From Syntrophomonadaceae bacterium (lineage in GTDB: Bacteria > Bacillota > Dethiobacteria > DTU022), in contig SLPH01000063.1 in assembly GCA_007132095.1 (NCBI GenBank), positions 1-63,460 of the forward strand: a stretch of DNA of 63,460 bases, written 5' to 3'. Shown in pieces: positions 29,522 to 39,941 of this stretch. Position 1 is the stretch's first letter. Each line of letters begins with the position of its first letter. Position numbers and translations under genes: made by a program. The notes under the pieces are model-generated. The model searched no databases. It worked only from the letters and a program-made list of their open reading frames with translations, and was not told where the DNA came from.

Positions 29522-30461
29522 GCAGGCAAAGTGTGGCGATCCAGGTTGGTATTACCGCCTGAGCAGCTTTTTTAAAGAAATTTTCAGAAGACCTGTCTAC
29601 AAGATCCCCCTTCACAGCGGTTTCTCCTGCCCCAACAGGGACGGCACCATCAGCAGGGGCGGGTGCAGTTTCTGTTACAACCCTTCCTTTTCGCCATACA
29701 TTAAGGGCGATAACCTTTTTACAATCGAAGAGCAGCTGCGGAGAGGAAAAAAGAAGCAAAAAGAGGCCTTCTACCTGGCCTATTTTCAGTCTTACACCAA
29801 TACGTACGCTCCCCTGGAGCAGTTAAACGAACTCTATGGCCGCGCCCTGGCCGATCCCGAAGTGGTTGGATTAAGCATAGCCACCCGCCCTGACTGCATA
29901 CCCGACGAGATATTGTCCCTGCTGGAAACTTATGCCCGCCGCTGTCACCTCTGGCTGGAATACGGCCTGCAGAGCGCTCATGACCGGACCCTGAAAATGA
30001 TCAATCGCGGCCACGATGCGGCCGCTTTTACCGATGCCATCACTCGGACTAAAGGGAGGGGCATTTACACCTGCGCCCACGTAATCCTCGGGCTGCCTGG
30101 AGAAACCAGGAAAATGATGCTGGAAACAATCAGGTTCCTGAACAAGCTGGAAGTGGAGGGGATCAAGTTTCACCATCTCCAGGTCATTAAAAATACTCCC
30201 CTTGCTGATGAGTATGCCCGTGAAGGCGTAAAGGTGTTTGAAAACGCCGCCGCTTATATTGACGTTCTCTGCGACTGCCTGGAGGAGCTTTCGCCAAAAA
30301 TTGTCGTTCAGCGCCTGGCCGGGCAGGCCACCTCAAAAGAGCTCCTGGTCGCCCCACACTGGCCTGAAAGCAGCGGACAGATCGCCGCACTGGTCACTGA
30401 AGAGCTCAGGCAGAGAAAAACCTGGCAGGGATCGGCCCGGCAGTGTAGACAAACTCTATAA
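29514..30461 (+). CDS. TIGR01212-family radical SAM protein
   Basis: [18 protein letters not shown] cluster motif. ATG at 29514 overlaps the mnmG stop by 8 nt. The upstream part of ORF 29244..30461 is an out-of-frame read through mnmG. Confidence 0.8.
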   Translation: MTEQAKCGDPGWYYRLSSFFKEIFRRPVYKIPLHSGFSCPNRDGTISRGGCSFCYNPSFSPYIKGDNLFTIEEQLRRGKKKQKEAFYLAYFQSYTNTYAPLEQLNELYGRALADPEVVGLSIATRPDCIPDEILSLLETYARRCHLWLEYGLQSAHDRTLKMINRGHDAAAFTDAITRTKGRGIYTCAHVILGLPGETRKMMLETIRFLNKLEVEGIKFHHLQVIKNTPLADEYAREGVKVFENAAAYIDVLCDCLEELSPKIVVQRLAGQATSKELLVAPHWPESSGQIAALVTEELRQRKTWQGSARQCRQTL

Positions 30462-30584
30462 TCTCCGCCCCACGAGCGTATAATCGCCCGGGATTCTTTT
30501 TCGCCGGGTACAGGTGAAAAGGCAGACAATAGAAGCATAATTCCGCTTTTGCGCCCTCCCGCCGGAAGCGCCTCCATATACAGT

Positions 30585-31685
30585 TTACTCGAAACGGCCG
30601 CGCTCCATGGCTATCCTGATGATCTGATCCAGCTTATTCTGCGGCGGAGAGTAGATTTCTTCGCGTCGTTCCATTTCCAGGGCGCCGGAAGGACAAACTG
30701 CGGCGCAAACCCCGCAGCCAATGCATATTTCCCTGTTCAAAACCGGCTCAGCAGACTGGACGGGCTCAAGAGCATTGATATGACAGGCGTCAACACAGGC
30801 ATCACAGCTAAGGCAGGCATCAGTGTCGATCACCGGAAGAAAAGCGCTGGGTTGAACGGCGCCTACGCCATGCTCTTTAATAGCCTGCAGGGGTCCGCAA
30901 CAACAGCCGCAGCAATGACAGATATAAGCCGGTTCATCAATAACATTATCGCCGGTTAAAACCAGGCCCAACCGATGGCTTCTTTCAAGGTTGCGCAGTA
31001 GTTCATCCACCGATGCCCGGCGGGCAAAACCTCTACGAATCAGCCAGTCGGCCGGACGGCTCAGTGAAGTGCAGATATCTTCCATGGGAAAACGGCAGGG
31101 CTTGTTGAGATGATAATTCTTGTGCCGGCAGGCACAGAGAGAAAGCCCTCCCCCGCCCGAATCGCGGATTATTGTTTCCGCTTTTTCGTAGCTCAGAACT
31201 TCGCTCCTGATCAGCTCCGGTATATATTGCTCATAAACAAGGGACCTGAACATTTTTGTATTGCTGCCGAATATTTCTTCAGCTACGCCCCGGTCGTGGA
31301 AATATAGTTCGTAAAGCTTTGTGAGTTCGGCCAGGTCGGCCCTGTCGGCCCTCATAAGGCTGTATTCAAAAAACCCGACAACCACCGGCGAGAGCATGTA
31401 ATAGGTCTTATCGCCGCGCGGAATATCTACAACCAGCCCTTTTTGAGCCATATCTTCCAGAACGGAGACCAGCTGAGCCTCCTTCATCCCAGTCAGTTCG
31501 ACGATTCTCTCCAGGGGGCGAGGCTTGATCGGAAACTTTGCTCCAACCGCCGCTTCACCTTCGGTATAAAGTATTTTCAAGATCTCCATCAGGGTTTCAT
31601 TGATCACAACCCCGACGGGAAAACGGCTCAATCTTTCGGCCAGGGCCTGGTAAGCTTCTTCTTTTCCGCCTGCCAAATGTCCCAA
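30585..31685 (-). CDS. Cys-rich 4Fe-4S dicluster domain protein, function unknown
   Basis: CHCCGCCCGP, CLSCDACVDAC and CIGCGVCAAVCP motifs in the C-terminal third. TTG start 7 nt after AGGAGG. Confidence 0.65.
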   Translation of the reverse strand: MGHLAGGKEEAYQALAERLSRFPVGVVINETLMEILKILYTEGEAAVGAKFPIKPRPLERIVELTGMKEAQLVSVLEDMAQKGLVVDIPRGDKTYYMLSPVVVGFFEYSLMRADRADLAELTKLYELYFHDRGVAEEIFGSNTKMFRSLVYEQYIPELIRSEVLSYEKAETIIRDSGGGGLSLCACRHKNYHLNKPCRFPMEDICTSLSRPADWLIRRGFARRASVDELLRNLERSHRLGLVLTGDNVIDEPAYICHCCGCCCGPLQAIKEHGVGAVQPSAFLPVIDTDACLSCDACVDACHINALEPVQSAEPVLNREICIGCGVCAAVCPSGALEMERREEIYSPPQNKLDQIIRIAMERGRFE

Positions 31686-31936
31686 TATATTACCTCCTGT
31701 GTCTCTTAATATAGCTTTCGAGCTTCAGCATTTATCATCGCGACGCGACGCCCTAATGGTAAAATATCGTCATCAGGATGTTTCCCGGCAGCTGCAGGGA
31801 TAACAGGTCTTTAATTCGCCGGAAGGGCTTGTTTTCCTGCGCGGATAAAAAATGATCGCTCCCAGTAGGAAAAAGGCGGGGTTTGGCGAATAGTTAATTG
31901 GACTACAAACTAATGTTTAAGGCGGTATAATCAGAG

Positions 31937-34198
31937 ATGACAAAACTGGACCAGATACTGCGGCAATGGAAAGATGATCCTCAATTCATGCGCGGCGTTA
32001 CACGCTGGGAGGTAGTGCCCGCCAGGGAGGGCACCTTCTCTCAGTTCCCCGATTTTCTCGACCCCCAGCTTGCGTTTGCCCTTAAAAATCGGGGCATTGA
32101 TCTGCTCTACAGCCACCAGGCCAGGGCAATCGAGTCGATTAACAGCGGAAACAACGTGGTCGTGGTGACGCCAACCGCTTCAGGCAAAACCCTTTGCTAT
32201 AACCTGCCCGTGGTAAGTTCGATGATCAAGGATCCTTCCAGCCGCGCCCTCTATCTCTTCCCGACCAAAGCGCTCTCACAGGACCAGGTAGCCGAATTGC
32301 GCGACCTTACGGCAGGGCTCAGCGTATCACTTAACTGTCACACTTACGACGGCGATACAGAACCCGGTTTACGCCAGGGGATCCGGCGCAGCGGGCATAT
32401 TGTCGTTACTAACCCCGATATGCTTCACTCGGCTATTTTGCCGCACCACACCAAGTGGGTCCAGCTTTTTCAGAACCTGAAATACATAGTAATTGACGAA
32501 ATGCACCAGTACAGGGGAGTTTTCGGCAGCCACGTCGCAAACGTAGTCAGAAGGCTGAAAAGAATCTGCGCCTTTTACGGAGCTTCACCCCGCTTTATCC
32601 TCTGCTCAGCCACAATTGCCAACCCGGGCGAACTGGCCGGGTTACTGATCGAGGAGCCGGTGGAGGTAATAAATGAAAACGGAGCCCCCCAGGCTGAAAA
32701 GCACTTCATTCTTTACAACCCTCCCCTCGTGGACCCTGAACTCGGATTGCGCCGCAGTTCGCTGCTTGAAGCCAGACAGCTGGCTTCCAACTTGATCAGG
32801 GAAGATATCCAGACTATTGTATTTACCCGCAGCAGGCTGGGAGTGGAAGTACTCCTGACTTACCTGCGTCAGAATATCCGCACCCGGCCGGGCGAAGACA
32901 GTTCGATCAGGGGCTACAGGGGCGGCTATCTGCCCCGGGAAAGAAGAGCGATCGAAGAGGGTTTGCGGAACGGAACTATCAAGGGGGTTGTCAGTACCAA
33001 CGCCCTGGAACTGGGGATCGATATCGGAGCCCTTGATGCCGCAGTTATGACCGGCTATCCCGGGAGTATCGCCAGCACATGGCAGCAGGCCGGGCGCTCC
33101 GGCAGGCGAAGCGGCACTTCACTGGCCATGCTGGTCGCTAACAGCGAACCTTTGAACCAGTATATAGTTGCCAACCCTGATTACTTCTTCGGGCGCACCC
33201 CGGAAAGGGCCCTGGCCGATCCCGACAACCTTATTATCCTTACAAACCATGTCCGCTGCGCGGCATTTGAGCTGCCTTTTGAAAGGGGCGAGCGATTCGG
33301 CAGGGCTAAAATCGATGAAATTCTCGCCTTCCTGGAAGAAGAGAATGTGCTCTATTCAAGCGACGGCCGCTATCACTGGATGGAAGACACTTACCCGGCT
33401 GAAGAGATCAGTCTGCGCAGCGCCACCATGGAGAACGTGGTGATCATTGATATCACCGAACCGAGACCCAGGGTTATCGGTGAAGTTGACCGTTTCAGCG
33501 CGCCCATGCTGGTCCATGAAGAGGCCATTTACATGCACGGAGGGCTGCAATACCAGGTGGAGAAGCTCGATTTTGAAGAAAAAAAAGCTTTCGTCCGCAG
33601 GGTGGATGTGAACTATTTTACCGACGCCAACCTGTCGGTAGACCTGAAAACTCTTGACACTTTTGAAGAAGAATCAGGCCCCGTTAACCGCTGCTGGGGG
33701 GATGTGCGCATCAACGCCCTTGTTTCCATGTTCAAAAAAATCCGCTTCAATACGCACGAGAATCTAGGCGCCGGGCCGGTGGACCTGCCCGAGACAGAGA
33801 TGCATACCAGCGCTTTCTGGCTCTCATTTGCCCCCGGTTCCCTGGGCGGGATGCCGCCTTCCGCCGTTCAGGCCGGCTTGATCGGACTGGCCAACCTGGC
33901 CCCCCAGGTTGCTTCCCTTTTTCTGATGGGCGATCCGCGCGACCTGCGCGCAGTTAGCCAGGTGCGTGCACCTTTCACGGAACTACCCACCCTTTACCTT
34001 TATGACAATTTTCCGGGCGGGGTTGGCTACAGCGCCGAGATTTTCAGGATCTACCGCGACATATTTAAGGCAGCCCGCAAAGTGATTGTTGATTGCCGCT
34101 GCATAGATGGTTGCCCTTCCTGTATCGGCCCCTCCTATACCGGAGCAGAACCGGCCAAAAAACCGGCCTTGCAGCTGCTCGAGGTAATCCTGAAATGA
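31937..34198 (+). CDS. mrfA: DEAD/DEAH-box helicase with C-terminal DUF1998 zinc module (MrfA/YprA type)
   Basis: Walker A TPTASGKT, DEMH box, QQAGRSGRR motif VI and a C-terminal Cys cluster (DCRCIDGCPSCIG). Confidence 0.85.
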   Translation: MTKLDQILRQWKDDPQFMRGVTRWEVVPAREGTFSQFPDFLDPQLAFALKNRGIDLLYSHQARAIESINSGNNVVVVTPTASGKTLCYNLPVVSSMIKDPSSRALYLFPTKALSQDQVAELRDLTAGLSVSLNCHTYDGDTEPGLRQGIRRSGHIVVTNPDMLHSAILPHHTKWVQLFQNLKYIVIDEMHQYRGVFGSHVANVVRRLKRICAFYGASPRFILCSATIANPGELAGLLIEEPVEVINENGAPQAEKHFILYNPPLVDPELGLRRSSLLEARQLASNLIREDIQTIVFTRSRLGVEVLLTYLRQNIRTRPGEDSSIRGYRGGYLPRERRAIEEGLRNGTIKGVVSTNALELGIDIGALDAAVMTGYPGSIASTWQQAGRSGRRSGTSLAMLVANSEPLNQYIVANPDYFFGRTPERALADPDNLIILTNHVRCAAFELPFERGERFGRAKIDEILAFLEEENVLYSSDGRYHWMEDTYPAEEISLRSATMENVVIIDITEPRPRVIGEVDRFSAPMLVHEEAIYMHGGLQYQVEKLDFEEKKAFVRRVDVNYFTDANLSVDLKTLDTFEEESGPVNRCWGDVRINALVSMFKKIRFNTHENLGAGPVDLPETEMHTSAFWLSFAPGSLGGMPPSAVQAGLIGLANLAPQVASLFLMGDPRDLRAVSQVRAPFTELPTLYLYDNFPGGVGYSAEIFRIYRDIFKAARKVIVDCRCIDGCPSCIGPSYTGAEPAKKPALQLLEVILK

Positions 34199-35433
34199 CG
34201 CGGGATCTGAAAGCCAGGCTAAAAAGCCTGCGGGAAAGCGGTGAGGTTAAAACAGGGAAACAGTTCGCTGCAGCCCTGGAGCAGCCCCTTGAAGACCGCC
34301 TTTTCCCGGGCGAAGGGCGCGAGGAGCAGACTTCCTTTGGCCGCTGTTACATGCGTGAACTACGCTTCGCCCTTGATTACCGTCACGGTTCTGCTGACCT
34401 GTCAGGGTTTCTAAATTGCCGCGGCTCAGACCTGATTTTAACGACCCGGGACAGGACCCTGGAACAGTTTAATCCCTGCAGCTCCCTCTTTCTTGATATA
34501 GAAACCACGGGGCTGGCCGGAGGAACCGGAACATGGGCTTTTCTAATCGGCCTAGGCTGGCTTGATGGCAACCAATTCAGGCTGCGCCAGTATTTTCTGC
34601 GCAGACCAGCTGAAGAAAGAGCGATCCTCAGCCATTTTTCAGATCTGGCGGCGCGCTTTCCAGGCCTGATCACTTTTAACGGAAAGATGTTCGATCTGCC
34701 CATGATTCAAACCCGCCAGATGCTGTCAGGTTTCAGCCAAACCATACCCGGCCTGCACCTCGACCTGCTGCAGTGTGCCCGGAACCTGTGGAAAAAAAGG
34801 CTTCCCTCGCGCACCCTGAAAGCGCTGGAGGAAGAGCTGCTGGGACTGAGGCGGTATGATGATATCCCCGGGGCTGAAATCCCGGCCGTTTATTTCGATT
34901 ACCTGAGAAGAGGCAAAACTGATCGGCTAAAACAGGTTTTTCACCACAACGTCCTCGATATCCTCTCCATGGTTACCCTTCTCGAGAGAGTGGCAGAGCT
35001 ATCCTGCGGGCGTTTGATCGAGCACCCGGGTGAATCCCTGGCCCTGGGCAAACTTTATCTTGCAGCCGGCAGGGTCGGCGAAGGTTTGACGCACCTGAAA
35101 AGCGCTTCAGACAGCCCTGCCGGGGAGCTTGCTGTTGAAGCAGCCCTGGAGCTGTCATTTTACTACAAGCGCCGCGGTTCCTGGATTGAGGCGGCAGATA
35201 TCTGGCTCCACACAATCGATCGCGAACCGGAAGATCCCACCGCCTATGTTGAACTGGCCAAGTATTATGAACACCGGTTAAAAGACTATGAACAGGCTAT
35301 TCAGCTAACCGAAAAGGCCCTGCTCCTTCCGGCCTGCAGGCTGGAAGTTTCATTAAGCTGCCAGCACAGCCCTGAAGCGCTTCAGCGCCGCCTGGATCGC
35401 CTGAAAAGGCGCCTCGGACAGCTGCGGAGATAA
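34195..35433 (+). CDS. mrfB: RNase H-like (DEDD) exonuclease with TPR-like C-terminus (MrfB/YprB type)
   Basis: ATG at 34195 overlaps the mrfA stop (ATGA). FLDIETTGL exonuclease motif I and HHNVLD motif. The ORF track starts earlier, in another reading of mrfA. Confidence 0.8.
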   Translation: MTRDLKARLKSLRESGEVKTGKQFAAALEQPLEDRLFPGEGREEQTSFGRCYMRELRFALDYRHGSADLSGFLNCRGSDLILTTRDRTLEQFNPCSSLFLDIETTGLAGGTGTWAFLIGLGWLDGNQFRLRQYFLRRPAEERAILSHFSDLAARFPGLITFNGKMFDLPMIQTRQMLSGFSQTIPGLHLDLLQCARNLWKKRLPSRTLKALEEELLGLRRYDDIPGAEIPAVYFDYLRRGKTDRLKQVFHHNVLDILSMVTLLERVAELSCGRLIEHPGESLALGKLYLAAGRVGEGLTHLKSASDSPAGELAVEAALELSFYYKRRGSWIEAADIWLHTIDREPEDPTAYVELAKYYEHRLKDYEQAIQLTEKALLLPACRLEVSLSCQHSPEALQRRLDRLKRRLGQLRR

Positions 35434-35469
35434 ACTTAGCGCTGGCCGGCCTGACAATCATCTACCACT

Positions 35470-36687
35470 TTATCCTCTCTGGCTGGCCTGATCTAAAAAG
35501 GAGCTGATCAGGGGCGCAGTTGTTTCGCTTTCAAGCAAAAATGCATCATGACCATACTGGGAAGGTATTTCGTGATATGCCGTATCAACGCCGGCAGAAC
35601 AGAGGGCCCCGGCCAGTTCGGCAGTTGCACCGGGCGGGTAAAGCCAGTCCGAAGAATAGCTGAGAAGCAGCATTTTTGCCTCAATACCCCTGCAGGCAGC
35701 AACCAGATCCCCGTTGTAACCGGCAGCGGCATCAAAGTAATCCATTGCCCTGGTCAGGTAAAGGTAGCTGTTTGCATCGAACCGGTTGGAAAATGCCCGC
35801 CCCTGGTGTTCAAGGTAACTTTCTACTGAAAACTCGTTTCCAAGACGGTAACAGGGTTTGGAGCCATATTGAAAACTTCTCCCAAACTTGCCCTCCATGG
35901 ATTCATAGGAAAGATAGGTAATGTGGCCCAGCATCCTGGCCAGCTCAAGTCCTCCGGCCGGAGCTTCAAGCCCGTAGTAACGGCCTTCTCTGAAGTTTGG
36001 ATCTTTCATGATCGCATGCCTGCCAACGGCATTAAATGCCAACCCCTGGGAACCGAGGCGGGCGGCTGAAGCCATTATTACCGCCGCCCCGACCCGGTCC
36101 GGGTAATCTCTGGCCCAGGCCAGGGCCTGCTGCCCGCCTAAAGACCCTCCAACAAGGGCGAAGATTTTATCAATACCAAGGTGATTCTGCAGCCTGACGT
36201 GCAGCCGCACCCAGTCTTCCACTGTCACCACGGGAAAATCGAGACCATATGGTTCGCCGTTTACCGGATTAACATCCCATGGTCCGGTTGTACCGTAACA
36301 GCTGCCCAGTATATTGGCGCAGATCACATAGTAACGGTTAGTATCAAAAGTTTTCCCGGGGCCGATTGTATCGTCCCACCAGCCCGGCCGGTTCTTGCGC
36401 CAGGGCCGCTTGAATACCTCCCATTCGGCATCCCAGCCGGCGGCATGGGCATCGCCGGAGAGGGCATGGAGGATAAAGATGGCGTTATCCCTGGCAGGTG
36501 ACAGCTCCCCATAGGTTTCATACTCTACCGTAACCGGATTAAGCTCTGCGCCGCAATCAAGGGGCAGCGGGTTTCCCCGGGCTGCCAGCTGGACTCGTTG
36601 CGGGCGGGTCCAGCCGACAGAGGAAAGTGAACCGGGCTGATCAAAGCGCGGTTTTTTTTCCAGGCAAACGTTTAGTGGATCAGTCAT
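35470..36687 (-). CDS. metX: homoserine O-acetyltransferase
   Basis: Alpha/beta-hydrolase with [11 protein letters not shown] and the nucleophile elbow GGSLGG. Its ATG overlaps the metY stop (ATGA). Confidence 0.9.
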   Translation of the reverse strand: MTDPLNVCLEKKPRFDQPGSLSSVGWTRPQRVQLAARGNPLPLDCGAELNPVTVEYETYGELSPARDNAIFILHALSGDAHAAGWDAEWEVFKRPWRKNRPGWWDDTIGPGKTFDTNRYYVICANILGSCYGTTGPWDVNPVNGEPYGLDFPVVTVEDWVRLHVRLQNHLGIDKIFALVGGSLGGQQALAWARDYPDRVGAAVIMASAARLGSQGLAFNAVGRHAIMKDPNFREGRYYGLEAPAGGLELARMLGHITYLSYESMEGKFGRSFQYGSKPCYRLGNEFSVESYLEHQGRAFSNRFDANSYLYLTRAMDYFDAAAGYNGDLVAACRGIEAKMLLLSYSSDWLYPPGATAELAGALCSAGVDTAYHEIPSQYGHDAFLLESETTAPLISSFLDQASQRG

Positions 36688-38015
36688 GCCTGCTCACCTT
36701 CCCGCGCAGACTCTCCACCGGTAGACCTGGAAACCAGGGCCTGATCTAAGTCTGCAATAATATCTTCGAGATCTTCAATCCCAACAGAAAGCCTGATAAA
36801 ATCGTCTGTTACCCCGCCGGCCTTTCGCTGATCGGCCGAAAGCTGGCTATGCGTGGTTGATGCGGGATGGATGATTAACGTTTTCGCATCCCCAATATTG
36901 GCCAGGTGAGATATTAGCTTAACCCCGTTAATCAGGTTAATGCCCGCCTGCAACCCTCCCTTGACACCAAAACCGACAATGGCTCCATGGCCCCCTGAAA
37001 AAAGGCTTTGTGCCAGGATGTAATCTGGATGGCTTTCCAGGCCGGGGTAATTAACCCAGTCAACAGCAGGGTGTTTTTCCAACCACCGGGCAACCTGCAG
37101 CGCATTGTCGCAGTGCCTGGCCATGCGCAGCGGTAACGTTTCAAGACCCTGCAGGATTAAAAAAGCATTTTGCGGCGACAGGCAGGGCCCGAGATCGCGA
37201 AGCAGCTGCACCCGAGCCTTAACCGCAAATGCAACCCCGCCTGTTCCGCCTGAAGCCGGGCCGAAGCTGTCCCAGTAGTTTATACCGTTATAAGTAGGAT
37301 CGGGCTCAGTAAAGGTTGTAAATCTGCCGTTGTCCCAGGGGAAATCGCCCTTTTCGACGATCGCGCCGCCGATTGAAGTTCCGTGCCCGCCGATGAACTT
37401 GGTCAGCGAGTATACAACAAGGTCGGCGCCATGCTCAAATGGCCTTAGCAGGCAAGGCGTTGTCACTGTATTGTCAACAATTAGCGGCAGCCCGGCTGAA
37501 TGAGAAATTTCACTGATCCTATCAAGGTCGGCAACCTTATTAAGGGGATTGCCGATTGACTCGATAAACACTGCCCGGGTATTTTCATCAACGGCAGCAG
37601 ATAGCTCAGCAGGGTTTGCCGGATCGAAAAAGCGGACCCTGATATTGAAGCGGGGCAGGGTGTAAGCAAAAAGATTGTAGGTGCCCCCGTAGATTTTACT
37701 GCTGCTGACGATATTGTCTCCAGCCCCGGCAAGGTTGAGAATGGCCAGGGTTATGGCCGCCTGGCCGGACGAGAGAGCCAGGGCAGCGCTGCCGCCTTCC
37801 AGGGCGGCTAATCTTTTTTCGAGAACATCAACGGTGGGGTTCATGATCCGGGAATAAATATTTCCCGGCTGTTCGAGGCTGAAAAGAGCAGCTGCATGCT
37901 CTACAGAATCAAACTGGTAAGAAGTGGTCTGGTAAATCGGTACAGCCCGGGAACCGGTAACCGGGTCGGGCTTTTGACCTGCGTGAAGGGATTGAGTTGA
38001 CAGTCCATTTTTCAT
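36684..38015 (-). CDS. metY: O-acetylhomoserine sulfhydrylase (aminocarboxypropyltransferase)
   Basis: Cys/Met-metabolism PLP family. [11 protein letters not shown] carries the PLP lysine. SD AGGAGG lies 7 nt upstream of ATG 38015. Confidence 0.9.
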   Translation of the reverse strand: MKNGLSTQSLHAGQKPDPVTGSRAVPIYQTTSYQFDSVEHAAALFSLEQPGNIYSRIMNPTVDVLEKRLAALEGGSAALALSSGQAAITLAILNLAGAGDNIVSSSKIYGGTYNLFAYTLPRFNIRVRFFDPANPAELSAAVDENTRAVFIESIGNPLNKVADLDRISEISHSAGLPLIVDNTVTTPCLLRPFEHGADLVVYSLTKFIGGHGTSIGGAIVEKGDFPWDNGRFTTFTEPDPTYNGINYWDSFGPASGGTGGVAFAVKARVQLLRDLGPCLSPQNAFLILQGLETLPLRMARHCDNALQVARWLEKHPAVDWVNYPGLESHPDYILAQSLFSGGHGAIVGFGVKGGLQAGINLINGVKLISHLANIGDAKTLIIHPASTTHSQLSADQRKAGGVTDDFIRLSVGIEDLEDIIADLDQALVSRSTGGESAREGEQA

Positions 38016-38019
38016 TTTG

Positions 38020-38077
38020 GCGCCTCCTGTTTTGTTTAAGCTTGTTTACATCAATATCCGACTTAAACAGGAAGCAC
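38020..38077 (-). promoter_or_regulatory. SD-sequestering stem in the metY leader
   Basis: mRNA GUGCUUCCUGUUU (38077..38065) pairs with AAACAGGAGGCGC (38032..38020). That is 13 bp including two G-U pairs, and it covers the whole AGGAGG. Confidence 0.5.
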
Positions 38078-38680
38078 ATGGCAGAAATACCGCCCTGATC
38101 CGAAAACAGGTGCTGTGAAGGGGAAATCACTGCTGCCGATAAGCCTAAAGGGAACTTATGGCAAGCTTTTATTTCTGCTTTTCCGCTGTTCTTTGTCAAG
38201 GCAGCAACCGATCCTTCCTAAATGCTATAGGATTACTATCATTTATTTATATAGGCTATCCCTTAACATGGCTCCTGTCAAGGGTTTTTTTTATTGGCCT
38301 GTTTTTTATTTGCCTTTCGGTGCCCAGCCGACCTCTTTTTTTAAAGCTTTATCAATTTCCTGGTTGTGCAAAAAAAACAGCAGCTTCTCAAAAGTTTCTC
38401 TGCTTATATCGTGTTCCATCAGGCAGGCATCATTTTCAGCCGCTTTTGGCGATACACCAAAGACCCGGGTCAGGTTAAGGATCGTTTCAAGATAATCCTG
38501 ATATGTAACGGCTCTATCCTGGCCCGTCAATACGGGTTTTATCAGCACCGCGCCAAACTGCAGGTTGCAACTTTTATCCTAATAGGATATAAAAAACTGC
38601 AGGAGATGCCATGAGCAAATGTAAGGCTATTACGTCTTGACCCGCAAAGCTGTTATCCCTCTTGCTTATAAATTACTGCG

Positions 38681-39880
38681 ATGAGGAAGAAAAGGAGTCA
38701 TATATTGATAGCTGTACAAAGATCCGGCAAATACTACCTGGCTGTGTACCTGATCGTGTTTTGCGCATTTTTTGACACCCATGCCCAAATGCCGGTCTTA
38801 ACGCCATATGCCTTATCCCTCGGAGCAACACCATTTATCCTTGGCCTGATTATTGGCGCTTATTCTTTTTCCAACATTTGCGGCAACTTCATTGGCGGAG
38901 CGGCAATTGACACATTAGGGTGGTCCAGGCCGCTGCTTATCGGCCTTTTCGGAGCTTCCCTGCTGCTCTTCAGTTATACCGTCGCTGAAAACGCTGCAGC
39001 TCTAATATATATAAGAGCCGGCCACGGATTAGCGGGCGGCATCTTAATCCCATCCGCGCTGGCGTGCCTGGCCGGCGGTGAAAGAAGTGAGTACTCAAAG
39101 AGAATGGCTGCCTTCGGAGCCACTGTTGGCCTGGCTGCAATAAGCGGCCCTATGTCTGCAGGGCTGATCGCATCACGGCTCGGATACGCCTCTGTTTATT
39201 ACTTTCTGGCAGCCCTTCTCTTTATAGCGGCAGTTATTTCGCTGCCGCTGACGAAGTATAAGCCCGTTTGCGGGGCGAACGCCGCCCTTACCCGGGAATC
39301 TTTCACTAAAATATCTGCCATGCCCTCAATGAAAGTGGCTTACATCTCTGCATTCGGTTTGATGGGAGCAACCGGAACCCTGGCGGCATTTTTACCGGTC
39401 CGCACAGCCGGCCTCGGTTTCGGCCCGGCTGAAACGGGAATTTTGTTTACCATATTCGCTTTCCAGGCGATACTGGTACAGGCAGCATGGCCAACATGGA
39501 TCATGGCCCGCATTGAAAACCCCGCAGCCGGCTGCCTCCTTGGCCTGCCTATAATTGCTGCTTCTTTGTTATCTGCCGGGATAGCGTCTACTTTTGCAGC
39601 GCTGGCTGTTGCCCTGGCTGTATACGGAACAGGCTTCGGGCTCTCATTTCAGGGTATGCTGGGCCTGGTCATGGAAGGTTCTGAAAGCGAGTGGAGAGGC
39701 CGGGCAATTGGGCTGTTCTTTGCCGCTTATTCTATCGGGGCCGCCCTGCTTCCTCCACTGGGAGGACTGATCTGGCAGAACATTATCGTCCTATTCCCTT
39801 TTTATACCGCTTCTCTTTTTACACTCTTAAGCTGGTATGCAGCCTTTAGCCTAAATAAAAAAAGCGGAAGGAATTTTTGA
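38681..39880 (+). CDS. MFS transporter
   Basis: 12-TM-sized hydrophobic ORF with an MFS-like loop (GGAAIDTLGWSRPLL). TTG at 38705, 7 nt after AAGGAG, is an alternative start. Confidence 0.8.
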   Translation: MRKKRSHILIAVQRSGKYYLAVYLIVFCAFFDTHAQMPVLTPYALSLGATPFILGLIIGAYSFSNICGNFIGGAAIDTLGWSRPLLIGLFGASLLLFSYTVAENAAALIYIRAGHGLAGGILIPSALACLAGGERSEYSKRMAAFGATVGLAAISGPMSAGLIASRLGYASVYYFLAALLFIAAVISLPLTKYKPVCGANAALTRESFTKISAMPSMKVAYISAFGLMGATGTLAAFLPVRTAGLGFGPAETGILFTIFAFQAILVQAAWPTWIMARIENPAAGCLLGLPIIAASLLSAGIASTFAALAVALAVYGTGFGLSFQGMLGLVMEGSESEWRGRAIGLFFAAYSIGAALLPPLGGLIWQNIIVLFPFYTASLFTLLSWYAAFSLNKKSGRNF

Positions 39881-39941
39881 CCCCCACCGCTTAATAATAG
39901 AGCAGCTTTTCCCGGTTGCAACAGGCACAGTTACGACCGGT

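Noticed and set aside
34093-34194. An upstream extension of the mrfB ORF.
   Set aside because: It overlaps the mrfA C-terminus in another frame. ATG 34195 forms a typical ATGA coupling.
31937-34198. DUF1998 helicase as part of a DISARM-like defence system.
   Set aside because: The helicase and DUF1998 are fused in one protein that is translationally coupled to a YprB-type exonuclease. No methyltransferase, PLD or other defence genes are nearby. It fits the MrfAB repair pair.
38016-38199. A SAM-I (S-box) or T-box riboswitch upstream of metY.
   Set aside because: On the minus strand I could not place the conserved S-box junction sequences. The nearest T-box-like string (CAGGGCGGUAU) matches only partially. 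GGTGC...GATAAG strings occur, but on the wrong (plus) strand. It is reported instead as an unclassified leader.
38306-38548. 80-aa minus-strand ORF between the met leader and the MFS gene.
   Set aside because: It has a GTG start with no SD, I recognise no family, and it sits in a region full of homopolymer runs. It is kept only as a possibility within finding 38200..38680.
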